Of a stretch of 64,000 nt of DNA, positions 25,804 to 36,123 are shown one piece after another (position 1 is the stretch's first letter; every line of letters starts with the position of its first letter). The notes below the pieces were generated by a model. It made no database searches and was not told where the DNA came from. It saw only the letters and a list, made by a program, of their open reading frames with translations. The DNA is taken from positions 199,127-263,126 of the forward strand of contig JAVHLI010000001.1 in assembly GCA_031082185.1 (NCBI GenBank), written 5' to 3'. A program made the position numbers and the translations under genes. This stretch comes from a bacterium (GTDB lineage Bacteria; Sysuimicrobiota; Sysuimicrobiia; Sysuimicrobiales; Humicultoraceae).

Positions 25804-27022
25804 AGAACATTCGCCCAGGCCAGCCCTCAGACGAGTAGGTACGGGCGCCGGTCAAGCGCCAACTCAACTCAAACACCAAACGCCGCGCTGCACGTGGCCC
25901 GATCGCCGAACCCCACGCTGCCGAGCATGCTGCGATCAACGCACGCCGCACGAGCATGAGTCTGCGGTTCACTCGGTGGCGATGAGAGGCTTCTTCAAAT
26001 CTATCCCAGTCTATCTGGAACGTGGGCGCACCTTGGCCTGCAAGGTACTTCTGATGTTGGTTCAGCGCGAACCCTAATACCTGAACCAGTCGTTGATCAT
26101 ACGTATGGACAGCGCGTGTTCGCTCGTAGCCGGCCCACGCAATGGCATCCCGCTGAGCCGGGTGCGCCAGATAGTGCCGGATCTTGTTCTCCATCTCCTC
26201 CAAATCGCGGAAGACCGCAACCTCTCGTTCGCCTTCGTAGTACTGCTCCATGCCGTTTGCCCATTCTGTCAGAAGGAATCCGCCAGCACCGGGAACCTCA
26301 AACATGCGTGCCTTGATTTGGCTAGCCAGGGGGGACAGAATTCCTTGCCATGGCCGACCGCTGTTGGCGAAGTTCAGGCTGATGACAGAACTATGGATGA
26401 TCCGCGGGATGTCCTCAGCGGCCACCGGTCCGTGTGGCCAACCATGTCCGAAGCAGGCTACGTCGATTCCTCGCCGGCGGAGAGCGTCAACCCAGGTCCG
26501 GCGCTTACCATAGGCAGTCCCCACGAAAGAGACAGAGAAGTGGCACTCCCCGGCCGACAGTGGTGGTCGCAGGCCCGCAGCGTTGGCCGCCCATTGGGTC
26601 AAGAGGACGTGCGAGATACCATCACGCTGGTAGCTCGAATAGGCGTCCGGGCAAGTGGTCGTGAAGGCGTGAAAGGCTGGCGCCACAAGTCGTGAGAACT
26701 GGGAATACTTCCAGGAATCATCCGTAGCCCAGTTGACGGTAGCCGCAATACCAGAGCCACGCAGGATCTCCCACGTTTCTAGCCAGATCTCATAGTGCGT
26801 GAGGACGGAGAAGACCACTTCTGGGCGATACTTGTCGACAGCACACAGCAGGGCGCGATTCAACTCGGCAAAGGTGCGATAGTGGTTTCGATTCCATGAG
26901 TCCAGGAAGATTACTTCATGGCCCAGGCGCCGTAGCGCTGGAATGAAGTTTGCATATTCGTATCCCTCGCCACGGGCTCTGTCTCCGTAGTTGTGCTGGC
27001 CAAAGACACACAAGACCCTCAC
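25790..27022 (-). CDS. glycosyltransferase (CgeB/DUF3880-like GT-B family)
   Basis: 410 aa. ..ILLTEWANGMEQYYEGEREVAVFRDLEEMENKIRHYLAHPAQRDAIAWAGYERT.. resembles the CgeB-type C-terminus. Family-level call only. Confidence 0.45.
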   Translation of the reverse strand: MRVLCVFGQHNYGDRARGEGYEYANFIPALRRLGHEVIFLDSWNRNHYRTFAELNRALLCAVDKYRPEVVFSVLTHYEIWLETWEILRGSGIAATVNWATDDSWKYSQFSRLVAPAFHAFTTTCPDAYSSYQRDGISHVLLTQWAANAAGLRPPLSAGECHFSVSFVGTAYGKRRTWVDALRRRGIDVACFGHGWPHGPVAAEDIPRIIHSSVISLNFANSGRPWQGILSPLASQIKARMFEVPGAGGFLLTEWANGMEQYYEGEREVAVFRDLEEMENKIRHYLAHPAQRDAIAWAGYERTRAVHTYDQRLVQVLGFALNQHQKYLAGQGAPTFQIDWDRFEEASHRHRVNRRLMLVRRALIAACSAAWGSAIGPRAARRLVFELSWRLTGARTYSSEGWPGRMFYDLR

Positions 27023-27353
27023 ACGAGATGTCCGGAGACTAGGCGCCTATGCAAAGCTTCGTATTGAGGCGCAATCTTGCTCCAGAGGTGCCTCTCTTGG
27101 AGCCGCGCTCTACCTCGCGCCCCGATCTCGCGGCGCAACTGCGGGTTTTCGACAAGAAGTTTGACCTGATTGCACATCTCAGCAAGGTCTCCTGCAACGA
27201 AACCGCCGACATGTCCTCGCACAGACCCAACATCGAACGATACCCAAGGGACCCCGGCAGCCATGGCTCCCAAGATGACGATGGAGTTAGTTTCCCAAGC
27301 GGTGACGGCAGTTTCGCAATTGCGGACAGGCATGCCGATGCTAAGCAGTGGAC
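27019..27353 (-). pseudogene. chimeric glycosyltransferase remnant (GT2-like N-terminus fused to GT4-like C-terminus), 5' end severed by IS21
   Basis: Reading across the insertion site gives MNDGRPLLSIGMPVRNCETAV (29571-29600 + 27353..), then ..ILGAMAAGVPWVSFDVGSV...LLVENPQLRREIGARGRARLQERHLW. Confidence 0.55.
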
Positions 27354-27431
27354 TGTCAGCGGTCATGCAATAATCCTCAGGTCGGGTCATCGAAAACTCC
27401 CCACCCTCCAACCCAGGAGAGGAGGGTGACG

Positions 27432-28736
27432 ATGACGGCAGTGGACGAAAGAATCCCTGAGCAGAACTCGCTCCGGGAGGCTGAGATGATTAGTCGTGAC
27501 CGATGGGAGGAGATTCACCGGCTTGCGGCCGGGCACGTGACCGTATCGGAGATTGCCCGACGCCTGGACGTCGATCGCAAAACCGTTGCGCGCTGTTTGC
27601 GCCAGGAGGCGTGGCAGCCGTATCGGCGATCGGCGTCGACAGAGACGCTGCTGACGCCGCACGTGAACTTCCTGCAGGAGCGCGCGGCCGCGGTCGGCTA
27701 CTCGGCGCGGATCCTGTGGCAGGAGCTGCGACAGTACCATGGATATGTCGGCAGCTACGAGACGGTGAAGCGCTTCGTCCGGCCGCTGCGCGAGGAGGGT
27801 CTACGGGCCTCGCTGACGTGGACGCGGTTCGAGACGCCGCCTGGCGTGCAGAGCCAGATTGACTGGGGCCAGGCGCGCGTGGTCTTCGGGCACCGGCCGG
27901 TGGTGCGACACCTCTTCGTCCTCACCCTGGGCTTCTCGCGGCGGAGCTTCTACCTCCCATGCCTGGGCGAGACGCTCAGCGAGCTCCTGGACGCGCACGA
28001 ACGGGCCTTCGAGCACTTCGGCGGCCACACGCGCGAGCATCTGTACGACCGTCCGCGCACGGTCTGCCGGCCCACGGACGGTGGCGTGATCTGGAACACG
28101 ACGTTCCGGGCGTTTGCCGACTTCTGGGGCTTCGAGCCGCGGCTCTGCCGGCCGTATCGCGCTCAAACGAAGGGCAAGGTCGAGTCGGGCATCAAGTACT
28201 TCCGGCGCAACTTCCTTCCCGGCCGGATGTTCCGGGACGACGTGGACCTGAGCGAGCAGCTTGGGGAGTGGATCGCCACGGTGGCCGATGTCCGAGAGCA
28301 TGGCACGACGCACGAGCGGCCGATCGATCGCTTCAGCCGCGAGCGGAGTGCGCTTATCGCCGCACCTGGGCACCGGGGCTTTCAGCTCGAGGCGACGCAG
28401 CCACGGATCGCCGCCGGCGACTACCTGGTCAGCTTCGAGACGAACCGCTACTCGGTGCCATTCAGGCTGATCGGCCAGGCCGTCGAGGTGCGTCGGCAGG
28501 GGGACGCCCTGGAGATCCTCCATCGCGGCGACCTGGTGGCTCGACATCACATGCTCGGTGGCCAGCATCAGCTTGCCATCCTCCCTGAACACGGTCCCGG
28601 GGCCCTCGCCCGGACCGCAAGGCAGCGGCGGTCTACACTGCCGGATCACCGGCGGCCACTGCAGGCTACCCCCGAAGTCGCTCACCGCGATCTCGCCTGC
28701 TACGAGGCAGTGTGCCAGATGGGAGGTGAGGCATGA
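27432..28736 (+). CDS. istA: IS21-family transposase IstA
   Basis: HTH ..[19 protein letters not shown].. DDE core ..SQIDWGQ....[15 protein letters not shown]....YDRPRTV. Confidence 0.85.
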   Translation: MTAVDERIPEQNSLREAEMISRDRWEEIHRLAAGHVTVSEIARRLDVDRKTVARCLRQEAWQPYRRSASTETLLTPHVNFLQERAAAVGYSARILWQELRQYHGYVGSYETVKRFVRPLREEGLRASLTWTRFETPPGVQSQIDWGQARVVFGHRPVVRHLFVLTLGFSRRSFYLPCLGETLSELLDAHERAFEHFGGHTREHLYDRPRTVCRPTDGGVIWNTTFRAFADFWGFEPRLCRPYRAQTKGKVESGIKYFRRNFLPGRMFRDDVDLSEQLGEWIATVADVREHGTTHERPIDRFSRERSALIAAPGHRGFQLEATQPRIAAGDYLVSFETNRYSVPFRLIGQAVEVRRQGDALEILHRGDLVARHHMLGGQHQLAILPEHGPGALARTARQRRSTLPDHRRPLQATPEVAHRDLACYEAVCQMGGEA

Positions 28737-29509
28737 CGGCGGTCCAGCTCGAGCGCCTGCAGGAGTACTTGCAGCGACTGCGCCTGTTCAAGAGCCGGGA
28801 GCGGCTGGAGGCGTTGCTGCAGGACGCCACCACCAAAGAACTCTCCTATGCGGACTTTCTCGACCAGGTGCTCACCGAAGAGGTCACGGCGAAGACCACC
28901 AAGAATGTGACGATGCGCACCAGCCTCGCCCGATTCCCATTCGTCAAGAGCCTGGACAGCTTCGATTTCTCGTATCAGCCATCCTTGGATCGCAAGCAGA
29001 TCCAGACCCTGAGCACCTGCCACTTCATCGAGCACGGCGAGAACGTCATCCTGCTCGGGCCACCGGGAGTAGGCAAGACGCACCTGGCTGTGGGCCTGGG
29101 GCTGCGGGCCATCGAGCGCGGCTACCGTGTGCTGTTCACCACAGCGGCGGCGATGATCGCGACCCTTACCCGGGCCCTGGCCGAAGGCCGGGTCGAGGAC
29201 AAGCTCAAGGTCTACACTGTGCCGCGCCTGCTGATCATCGACGAAATCGGCTATCTGCCCATCGAGCGGGCCGGTGCTAATCTCTTCTTCCAGCTGATCA
29301 GTCGTCGCTACGAGCGCGGCCCGATGATCCTCACCAGCAATCAGAGCTTCGGGAGTTGGGGGGAGGTCTTCGGCGACCGGGTGATCGCAGCGGCGATCCT
29401 GGATCGCCTGCTACACCATGCGATCACCGTGAACATCCGAGGCAACTCCTACCGTCTCAAGGAGAAGCTGAAGGCCGGTCTGGTTAAGCCGACCGAGACC
29501 CTGGCGTAA
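28733..29509 (+). CDS. istB: IS21-family helper ATPase IstB
   Basis: Walker [18 protein letters not shown]. Walker [12 protein letters not shown]. 4-nt overlap with istA. Confidence 0.85.
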   Translation: MTAVQLERLQEYLQRLRLFKSRERLEALLQDATTKELSYADFLDQVLTEEVTAKTTKNVTMRTSLARFPFVKSLDSFDFSYQPSLDRKQIQTLSTCHFIEHGENVILLGPPGVGKTHLAVGLGLRAIERGYRVLFTTAAAMIATLTRALAEGRVEDKLKVYTVPRLLIIDEIGYLPIERAGANLFFQLISRRYERGPMILTSNQSFGSWGEVFGDRVIAAAILDRLLHHAITVNIRGNSYRLKEKLKAGLVKPTETLA

Positions 29510-29804
29510 GAACCAGGGGGTGGGGAGTTTTCCATGACCGCGGGTGAGGAGTTTTGGGTGACCCTTGACAGTGGACGCCCGTCGTTCATTGGATCTTCCC
29601 CCCCAAGCGGACGGAATGTCCTTCCGGCCAGCCTTCGCCGAGGAAGCTGACTACCGACGAACACCCGTGTCCCACCCCGTCCAGGTGCGCAAGGTGCCCC
29701 TCCTGGTTCAGCCAGACTGACGTCCCCCCGAGAAGGTGGTTGAGGTGCTCCCCAAGTTTGGTCCAGGCCTTACCCGTACAGCGCCACCTCCTTGAGGTGA
29801 ATTT

Positions 29805-31103
29805 TCACCTTTGCCCTGGACCACCTTCTGGGGAGGACGTCAACACGCACGATCTAGTCTTGGTGCGTGCAAAGGGTGACCGACCGCGAAGCACGATGAG
29901 GTTATGGCATGTCCACCCAATTCCGATAGAGAATATGAAAGAGAACCTAATGAATTCGTTGTTCATCGGCGCCATTATTGCAGCGTAAGCAGCATACGAG
30001 TATGCGACGAGATTATGTAACGTCGCTTCCTTTCGAACGCGTTGGTGCAGCCAGGATGCAAGCGCGCCGGTGAAGAACGAACCGACGAGTGCACCAGCTA
30101 TCCCGAAATCGAGCGTGTATACGTCCAGAAAGGTATAGGTGTTCATAGGTATCGGCGCGAGAATGGCGGGCCGAACTATGTCCGGGTAAGAGGGTATGAT
30201 TGATAGTTTGTGAAGAACGAAGTTCAGTGCATCAAGTGAATAGAACCCCGGCTCCCTTGGGAGTGCTCCCCGAATAAGCTCTTCGTATGCCTTGACAGAG
30301 GCCCCGATGTAGGAGAGCAGGGATTCTGCTGGCGTGACTCTGGCGAGGGGATCAGAGAGGGTAAGAGCAGTCTGACTGAGGACCAAGAACAACCACATTG
30401 CCAGCGCCAAGCTGAAACACGCAAGGAGGACTCGTGCAGGTTGTGGTCGCCAGAGTAGGAGCCATGAGACCAATGCCGTCGTCGAGACGTGGAGAAGGGG
30501 GGTTCGTGTTAGTTTGGTAAGTGACGAGAGCAGGGCCGAGGCAAACACCAGTGCAATGAACGGTTTCGAGACAAGGCCCTTTCGCCAGAGCACTAGGCCG
30601 AGTGGGATGTACCATACATAGCTCCAACGCCAGGCCTCCAAGAACCACGGAAGATCCTCCTCCCGCAAGACCCCCATAAGGCGGAGCTCAAGGGTGGGGA
30701 GGAGAAGTCCGTAGAAGAACGACTGCAGTTGACGGCGCGACACTTCATACCCGATCGACAGCCATTGTAGAGCAACCAGCGCGAGGACCAATGACACCGC
30801 AGGGAGCGGGCGGATCTCGGGAATACGGCCGAAATTTCCAGCCTGACGGCGGCCGCCAGTGAGAACGCCCAGCGTCCCTAACAAGTACAACCACCAGGCC
30901 GCAAAGAGAACTAGAAGAGTCTCAGGATCCGGCCTGAGCTTTCCGGATAGTGCGGCCTGAGCAACCGACAGGTTGAGGGCCCATAGAATTGAGAAGAGGT
31001 AGGCGTGCGGAACCCAGCCCCGCCCAAGTCTCGTGACAAGAAACAGAAGGGCCGCTGCAACCAGGAAGCCAACCAAGTTGATCGACCACTGGTCTGCTGT
31101 CAA
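29805..31103 (-). CDS. polytopic membrane protein, O-antigen/EPS polymerase (Wzy)-like
   Basis: ~10-12 predicted TM segments with a larger loop. Lower-GC segment next to a GT2 gene. No conserved catalytic motif can be verified by eye. Confidence 0.4.
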   Translation of the reverse strand: MTADQWSINLVGFLVAAALLFLVTRLGRGWVPHAYLFSILWALNLSVAQAALSGKLRPDPETLLVLFAAWWLYLLGTLGVLTGGRRQAGNFGRIPEIRPLPAVSLVLALVALQWLSIGYEVSRRQLQSFFYGLLLPTLELRLMGVLREEDLPWFLEAWRWSYVWYIPLGLVLWRKGLVSKPFIALVFASALLSSLTKLTRTPLLHVSTTALVSWLLLWRPQPARVLLACFSLALAMWLFLVLSQTALTLSDPLARVTPAESLLSYIGASVKAYEELIRGALPREPGFYSLDALNFVLHKLSIIPSYPDIVRPAILAPIPMNTYTFLDVYTLDFGIAGALVGSFFTGALASWLHQRVRKEATLHNLVAYSYAAYAAIMAPMNNEFIRFSFIFSIGIGWTCHNLIVLRGRSPFARTKTRSCVLTSSPEGGPGQR

Positions 31104-32071
31104 ACTGAGTCCCGTCGAAGCCGTAAGAGGAGTTGGTAGACCGCCTTCGTTCCAAGATCTAACGTGCGGACCGCGAGGAGCAACACAAGGTGGACGTCCG
31201 AAACCAGTAGGTACTTGCGGCAGAAGTAGACCTCGCTTCGCACCTGTTCTAATCCCATCCGCAATCTAAACCTTCGCTGATTATGGCCAGTCGATGTCCC
31301 CTGAAGGTGGTCTACAACTGCCGAGGTGACTAAGCAGGTAGCCTTACCACGCTGGGCGATCTGCATGCCCAGAATCAATTCTTCGGAATACAAGAACGTG
31401 CCAGAGTCGAAGAACCCGATCCCCTCTAAGAAGTCCCGCCTTATTAGGAAGCAACAGCCGTTTATAGTCTCGCATACAAGGACCCGTGAAGCTTCAAGAG
31501 GCGCCAGATCAGCGTATACACTTCTATCAGCAAGTCTCCGAAGGAACGGGAGCCGCCGAAGCCACCAGCTATGGGCTACGAGGAGAGTACTAAACCCGGG
31601 AATTCGCCGGACTTGGATCTGTCTTTCAACAGGTGTGTTCGAAGGCAGAGTGTTGACTAGGGGTGAACAGGCTACCCGGGCCGAATCCTCTTCAAGAGCG
31701 TCGACCAAGGCCCTGAAAGTGGATGGCTGCGGAAGAATGACATCACTGTTCAGCACTAGGACATACTCTGGCCGTGGCAGGATACTTAACTTAGCACCCA
31801 GATTGTTGCCCCCGGAGTAGCCGAGGTTCTCCTCGGACCTGACAATGTGGAAGCTTCCTCCGTTCCTGCACAATGCCTCGTACTGATCGGAACTCGACCC
31901 ATTGTCCACGACGACGATCTGAAGAGGCCGGTAATCCTGTCGGAGAACCGACTCGACCGTAGCGAGGGTCGATGACGTGGTGTTGTAGTTGAGAATGACA
32001 ACGAGAAGCTGAGGGTACGTCAGGGAATCATCCTCGGTGTACACAGCCTGCACTACTTCGGCGGTAGGCAA
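31100..32071 (-). CDS. glycosyltransferase family 2
   Basis: ..LLVVILNYNTTSSTLATVESVLRQDY....VVDNGSSSDQ.....LNSDV. Confidence 0.65.
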   Translation of the reverse strand: MPTAEVVQAVYTEDDSLTYPQLLVVILNYNTTSSTLATVESVLRQDYRPLQIVVVDNGSSSDQYEALCRNGGSFHIVRSEENLGYSGGNNLGAKLSILPRPEYVLVLNSDVILPQPSTFRALVDALEEDSARVACSPLVNTLPSNTPVERQIQVRRIPGFSTLLVAHSWWLRRLPFLRRLADRSVYADLAPLEASRVLVCETINGCCFLIRRDFLEGIGFFDSGTFLYSEELILGMQIAQRGKATCLVTSAVVDHLQGTSTGHNQRRFRLRMGLEQVRSEVYFCRKYLLVSDVHLVLLLAVRTLDLGTKAVYQLLLRLRRDSV

Positions 32072-32179
32072 ACCCCAAGAACCCCGCCATCAGCTAAGAG
32101 ATCCGGTCTCGCGGAGCAAGTGGCGCCGATGCATCGCAGCGTGAGATCCTAGCCTTCGGTCCCTTACGCCCGTTGAGCA

Positions 32180-33705
32180 TCACATCTTCCGTCGGGACGC
32201 GCGCAGTTGCCCAAACGCTGTGGCGACCGCTGTTCGATCCCGTGTGTCGAGGATGGCGTTCCAGGCGAACCAGGCAAACGCGACAAGGAGCGTACCGAAA
32301 GCTACCGATTGCACTACCAGCGAGTATGCGCCCGTCAGGCTGGTTGTTACGTAGGCTCCTCCCGCTAGAAGGAGGAGGGCTATGCCGGGAAATGCTACCT
32401 TGCGGGCAAGGGTGAGACCTCGCTTGAGACCGAAGATTCTACCTGCGGCCAGGAAGAGCAGGCTCGCATCAAGGGTGACGCGGAATGTCCACGCTGCGGC
32501 AGCCCCCGTAACTCCCCAGCGGTGTATCAGAGCCCAGGCTGCCAGGACATGCACGGGTAGCTCAAGGACGTGGAACTTGGCAGGGATATCCGGTCGCCCT
32601 CTTCCTAGGAGGAGCGCATGTGGGACATGGGCGACAGAGTTCATGAAGACTCCGATCGACACGATCATAAGCACAACAGCGCCTCTCGAAGCGAACTCGG
32701 CACCCAGCCACAAGCGTAGGATATCGTCAGCGAACAGCCCTAGAGTAAGCGCGATGGGACCGACCGCGAGAAGGATGTACTTCACGGATCGCGCAAAGAC
32801 CTCTTCTCCTACTTGATGGTCCCCGGAGCCCAGCAGGGTGCTGAATGCTGGGGTTAGCGCGGTTGCCAGCCCCCCGGGAATAAACAGGATGCGTGTGGCA
32901 GCTTCGTGGGGCGCAGTGTAGTATGCCATGGCTGCAACGCCGAGGAGGGAGGCTACGAGGAAGCGGTCCAAGTACGTCAGAAGGGGGTTGACGATGCCCG
33001 AAATCGTGATCCAGCCCCCGAATGCGAAGAGTCGTGGCATGAGATCACTACGAAAGGCCGGCCGTCGCAACTCAGGAATCGCCCTGATACTCATCAACAC
33101 CAAGACAGCAAGCGCCACACACGTAGTGAGCACCATGAGGCCGATGATCCCTGGCAGTTGACAGCCCATAGTCAATCCCAGTAGTGGAATCAGGAAGCTC
33201 AGCACTCGAAGGGGTACCTTGACTGCGTTGAGCAGATCAAACCGTTGCGCGGCTTCTAGTGCCCCCGAGAAGGAGTGTGAGAGGAAGAGAAGTGGGACGG
33301 CCGTAGCAAGCCAGTAGAACATGGCCCGAGCTTCTACTGCGAGTTCCAATGGAATCTTCAGGGTACCAACGAGAGCCGGAGTGAGGCTTGCAAGGCCAAC
33401 TGCAGCGGCACCACAGTCCAGACTATCGCCGATGCTGTCTCCCTTCTACCCTGCCCCAGAGCCTCAGCCCCGAACCTCGCCGTCGCTCGTCCAAGGCCGA
33501 GATCGAAGATGGTGGTGTATCCGAGGACCGCCCACGCCAGCGCCAGCAGGCCAAACCTCTCGGTGCCCAACCCCCGGACAACTGCAGGAATGGTTACGAC
33601 ACCGACCAGCAATGCCGCGACATTCCCACCGAGATTCAGCAGTGTGTTGCGAGCAAGCAGGTTGCTGGTGATCTTGAGACGCGTCACCTTTCGTCTTCCA
33701 TGCAT
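32180..33705 (-). pseudogene. wzx: Wzx-type polysaccharide flippase (MOP superfamily) interrupted by a 1-nt frameshift near 33350
   Basis: N-terminal 115 aa (MHGRRKVTRLKITSNLLARNTLLNLGGNVAALLVGVVTIPAVVRGLGTERFGLLALAWAVLGYTTIFDLGLGRA..) in ORF 33358-34125. Remaining 389 aa (12 TM) in ORF 32180-33349, in an adjacent frame. Confidence 0.6.
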
Positions 33706-34553
33706 CCATGTTCGCGAAGGTAGTCTTGAAGAGCTTCCTGCCAAGGACGCATGGCGAATCCTGGGATTGCCCTCCCCTTCAGCGAGGAGTTCCTGGGGCG
33801 GCGCGCTCGTGTAGGGAACTCGCTGGACGGAACCGGGATGACCGACGTACTGATCTTGAGGTGCGCCAGTGCCTCCTGGGCGAACTCGTACCACGAGCAG
33901 CACCCGGCATTGGTCGCGTGGAAGACCCCGGTACAGCCCTCCGCCACCAGCCGCTCGATTGCCGCCGCCGCATCCGGGGTGTATGTCGGCGACATTACCA
34001 TGTCCGCGACCACCCTCAGCGGCTCGCCGGCCCGGGCCCTGGCGACGATTCGGTCGAGGAAGCTGCCACCCTTGCTGCTGGCCCCACCCGGCCCGAAGAG
34101 GCTGGCAACCCGGACGACCAGCCACCGTTGGCAGGCCTGGCGGGTGAGCACCTCGCCAGCCAGTTTGGAGGCGCCGTAGATGTTGGGGGGGGTCGGGGGA
34201 TCCTCTTCGGTGTACGCCCCGCCCTTGGCGCCGTCAAAGACATAGTCGGTGCTGATGTAGACGGCGCTGGCACCCAGGTTCGCGCAGGCGCGGGCTACAT
34301 GGAGGGCGCCCAGAGTGTTGACCCGGAAGGCCTCCTCCGGTCGGTCCTCGCAGTCGTCCACCCGGTGGAAGGCCGCGCAGTTGATCACGACATCGGGGCG
34401 CAGCGGAGCCAGAGCCCTGGCGACGACACCGGCGTCTGCGACCTCCATCTCGGAATGGGTGAGTCCTGCCACCTCGCACCCGGGGGCGCTACCGAAGGTC
34501 CGCATGAGGGCGGTACCGAGCTGGCCGGCCGCGCCTATGATGGCGATCCTCAT
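33684..34553 (-). CDS. rmlD: dTDP-4-dehydrorhamnose reductase
   Basis: MRIAIIGAAGQLG..L.........................VINCAA...VD.CE......VN..G....A.....GA..V.ISTDYVFDG. Confidence 0.8.
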   Translation of the reverse strand: MRIAIIGAAGQLGTALMRTFGSAPGCEVAGLTHSEMEVADAGVVARALAPLRPDVVINCAAFHRVDDCEDRPEEAFRVNTLGALHVARACANLGASAVYISTDYVFDGAKGGAYTEEDPPTPPNIYGASKLAGEVLTRQACQRWLVVRVASLFGPGGASSKGGSFLDRIVARARAGEPLRVVADMVMSPTYTPDAAAAIERLVAEGCTGVFHATNAGCCSWYEFAQEALAHLKISTSVIPVPSSEFPTRARRPRNSSLKGRAIPGFAMRPWQEALQDYLREHGCMEDER

Positions 34554-35560
34554 GCCTGCTCCTTCCCCTCCAAACGCTTGAGGAAGGCGCCTCTTTCAGC
34601 GAGGTGCCTGTACCATCCCACGGTGATCGTGCGAGGGTCGTGGGGATCGACCTGCTTAGACCGCAGGGCCTCGTGTACCTCCGTAGCACCATCGGCCGGG
34701 GAGTGCGTGGGCTGATACCCTAGAACCTCGTGAATCTTCCTGAAGCTGACGCGGTACGAGCGGTGGTCGGGGAGACCGTACCATTCAAACTGGAACGGCA
34801 GGCCGAGGGCCTCGGCGACGCCGCGGGCCAGGGGCAGGATTTGGCAGTTCTGCTCGTCTGCGCCCACATTAAAGATCTGGCCGTCGATGTGCTCGGCTGG
34901 GGCCTCCAGCGCTAGCAGCATCGCGCGGCATGTATCGCGCACGTGGACGAAGGGCCGCCACTGGGTGCCGTCCTGGAGGACTGGAATCGTACCGGTGAGA
35001 TAGAGTCCGCGCACCATCCCGTTGATGGCCAGATCGAAGCGCATACGGGCGGACAGCCCGTAGACAGTCGCCTGGCGCAGTACCGTGACGCAGAGCCGGT
35101 CGCCGGTGAAGGAGAGGATGTCGCTCTCCGCCTGGAGGTTGGCTTTTGCGTAAGTCGTCAAGGGGTTGGGCGGCGACGTCTCGTCGAGAAGGCCGTCCTG
35201 AAAGCCGTAGATGCTGCATGACGATGGGAACACATAGCGTCGGACTCCCGCGGCCCGAGCCAAGCGGGCGACGCGAACCCGGGCTCGGTGGTTGACCTGC
35301 CAGGTGAGCTCGGGGTCCAGTTCGCCTGCCGGGTCGTTGGAGAGCGCGGCCAGGTCGACCACCGCGTCGACGCCCTCCAGGTGGCCGATCTCCAGGTGGC
35401 GGACATCCTCGGTCACTATGCGTAGCCGTTCATGCATCGGCAACGTGGGGCCGAAGAGGAACCGGTCGACCGCGATCACGGTCCGACCCTCCTCAAGCAG
35501 CATCCGGGCAAGAACGGATCCGATGTAACCGCCAGCGCCTGTGACGAGTACCGTCGTCAT
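34550..35560 (-). CDS. NAD-dependent sugar epimerase/dehydratase family protein (SDR)
   Basis: Start MTTVLVTGAGGYIGS.. (the upstream extension of ORF 34550-35653 is unlikely to be coding). Confidence 0.6.
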   Translation of the reverse strand: MTTVLVTGAGGYIGSVLARMLLEEGRTVIAVDRFLFGPTLPMHERLRIVTEDVRHLEIGHLEGVDAVVDLAALSNDPAGELDPELTWQVNHRARVRVARLARAAGVRRYVFPSSCSIYGFQDGLLDETSPPNPLTTYAKANLQAESDILSFTGDRLCVTVLRQATVYGLSARMRFDLAINGMVRGLYLTGTIPVLQDGTQWRPFVHVRDTCRAMLLALEAPAEHIDGQIFNVGADEQNCQILPLARGVAEALGLPFQFEWYGLPDHRSYRVSFRKIHEVLGYQPTHSPADGATEVHEALRSKQVDPHDPRTITVGWYRHLAERGAFLKRLEGKEQA

Positions 35561-36123
35561 GTGTCTCCCCCGTGGACGAAGTCGATGTCGGCGTCCCGCA
35601 GCGCGGGCATGCGGGCGTCCTTCTCGGACAGCACTGGAGCCGCCACCGGCCATGAGATTGCCAAGTCCGGGTCGTCCCAGCGGATTCCCCGGTCGTACTC
35701 AGGAGCGTATTCGGCTGTTACCTTGTACAACACATCGGCTTCATCGGTGAGTGCGCAGAAACCGTGAGCGAAGCCTTCTGGCACGTACAGCATAGTGTGG
35801 TTCTCGTCCGATAGAATCACGCCAACCCACCGGCCGAAAGTGGGCGAGCCACGACGGATGTCGACAGCCACGTCGAAGATCTCGCCACGGAGCACCATGA
35901 CAAGTTTACCCTGGGCATACGGGGTCTTCTGGTAGTGGAGACCCCGCAGCACGCTGCGGGTCGAGCGGGAGAAATTGTCCTGCAAGAACCCCTGGGGGAT
36001 TCCACTGGCGGCGAACTGAGACATCCGGTAGGACTCCATGAAGTACCCGCGCGGGTCGGGGAAGGCCCGAGCTCGCACCAGTATGACTTCGGGAATGGCC
36101 TGAGGCTCGAATTCGAACGGCAT
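35557..36123 (-). CDS. rmlC: dTDP-4-dehydrorhamnose 3,5-epimerase
   Basis: ..FPDPRGYFMESYR..F...G....F.QDN.S.S...VLRGLHYQ.....KLV.V..GEIFDVAVDIR..SPTFG.W. Confidence 0.85.
   Translation of the reverse strand: MPFEFEPQAIPEVILVRARAFPDPRGYFMESYRMSQFAASGIPQGFLQDNFSRSTRSVLRGLHYQKTPYAQGKLVMVLRGEIFDVAVDIRRGSPTFGRWVGVILSDENHTMLYVPEGFAHGFCALTDEADVLYKVTAEYAPEYDRGIRWDDPDLAISWPVAAPVLSEKDARMPALRDADIDFVHGGDT

Larger units (their letters stand above)
27354..29570 (+). mobile_element. IS21-family insertion sequence (istA-istB) flanked by 6-bp target-site duplication GTGGAC
   Basis: Ends TGTCA....TGACA. Terminal multi-repeats (left tcatcgaaaactccccaccc, right gggtggggagttttccatga and gtgaggagttttgggtgaccc). 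GTGGAC directly flanks both ends. Confidence 0.8.

Noticed and set aside
33708-34715. 335-aa plus-strand ORF antisense to rmlD
   Set aside because: Opposite strand of a clear RmlD gene. GC-driven open frame.
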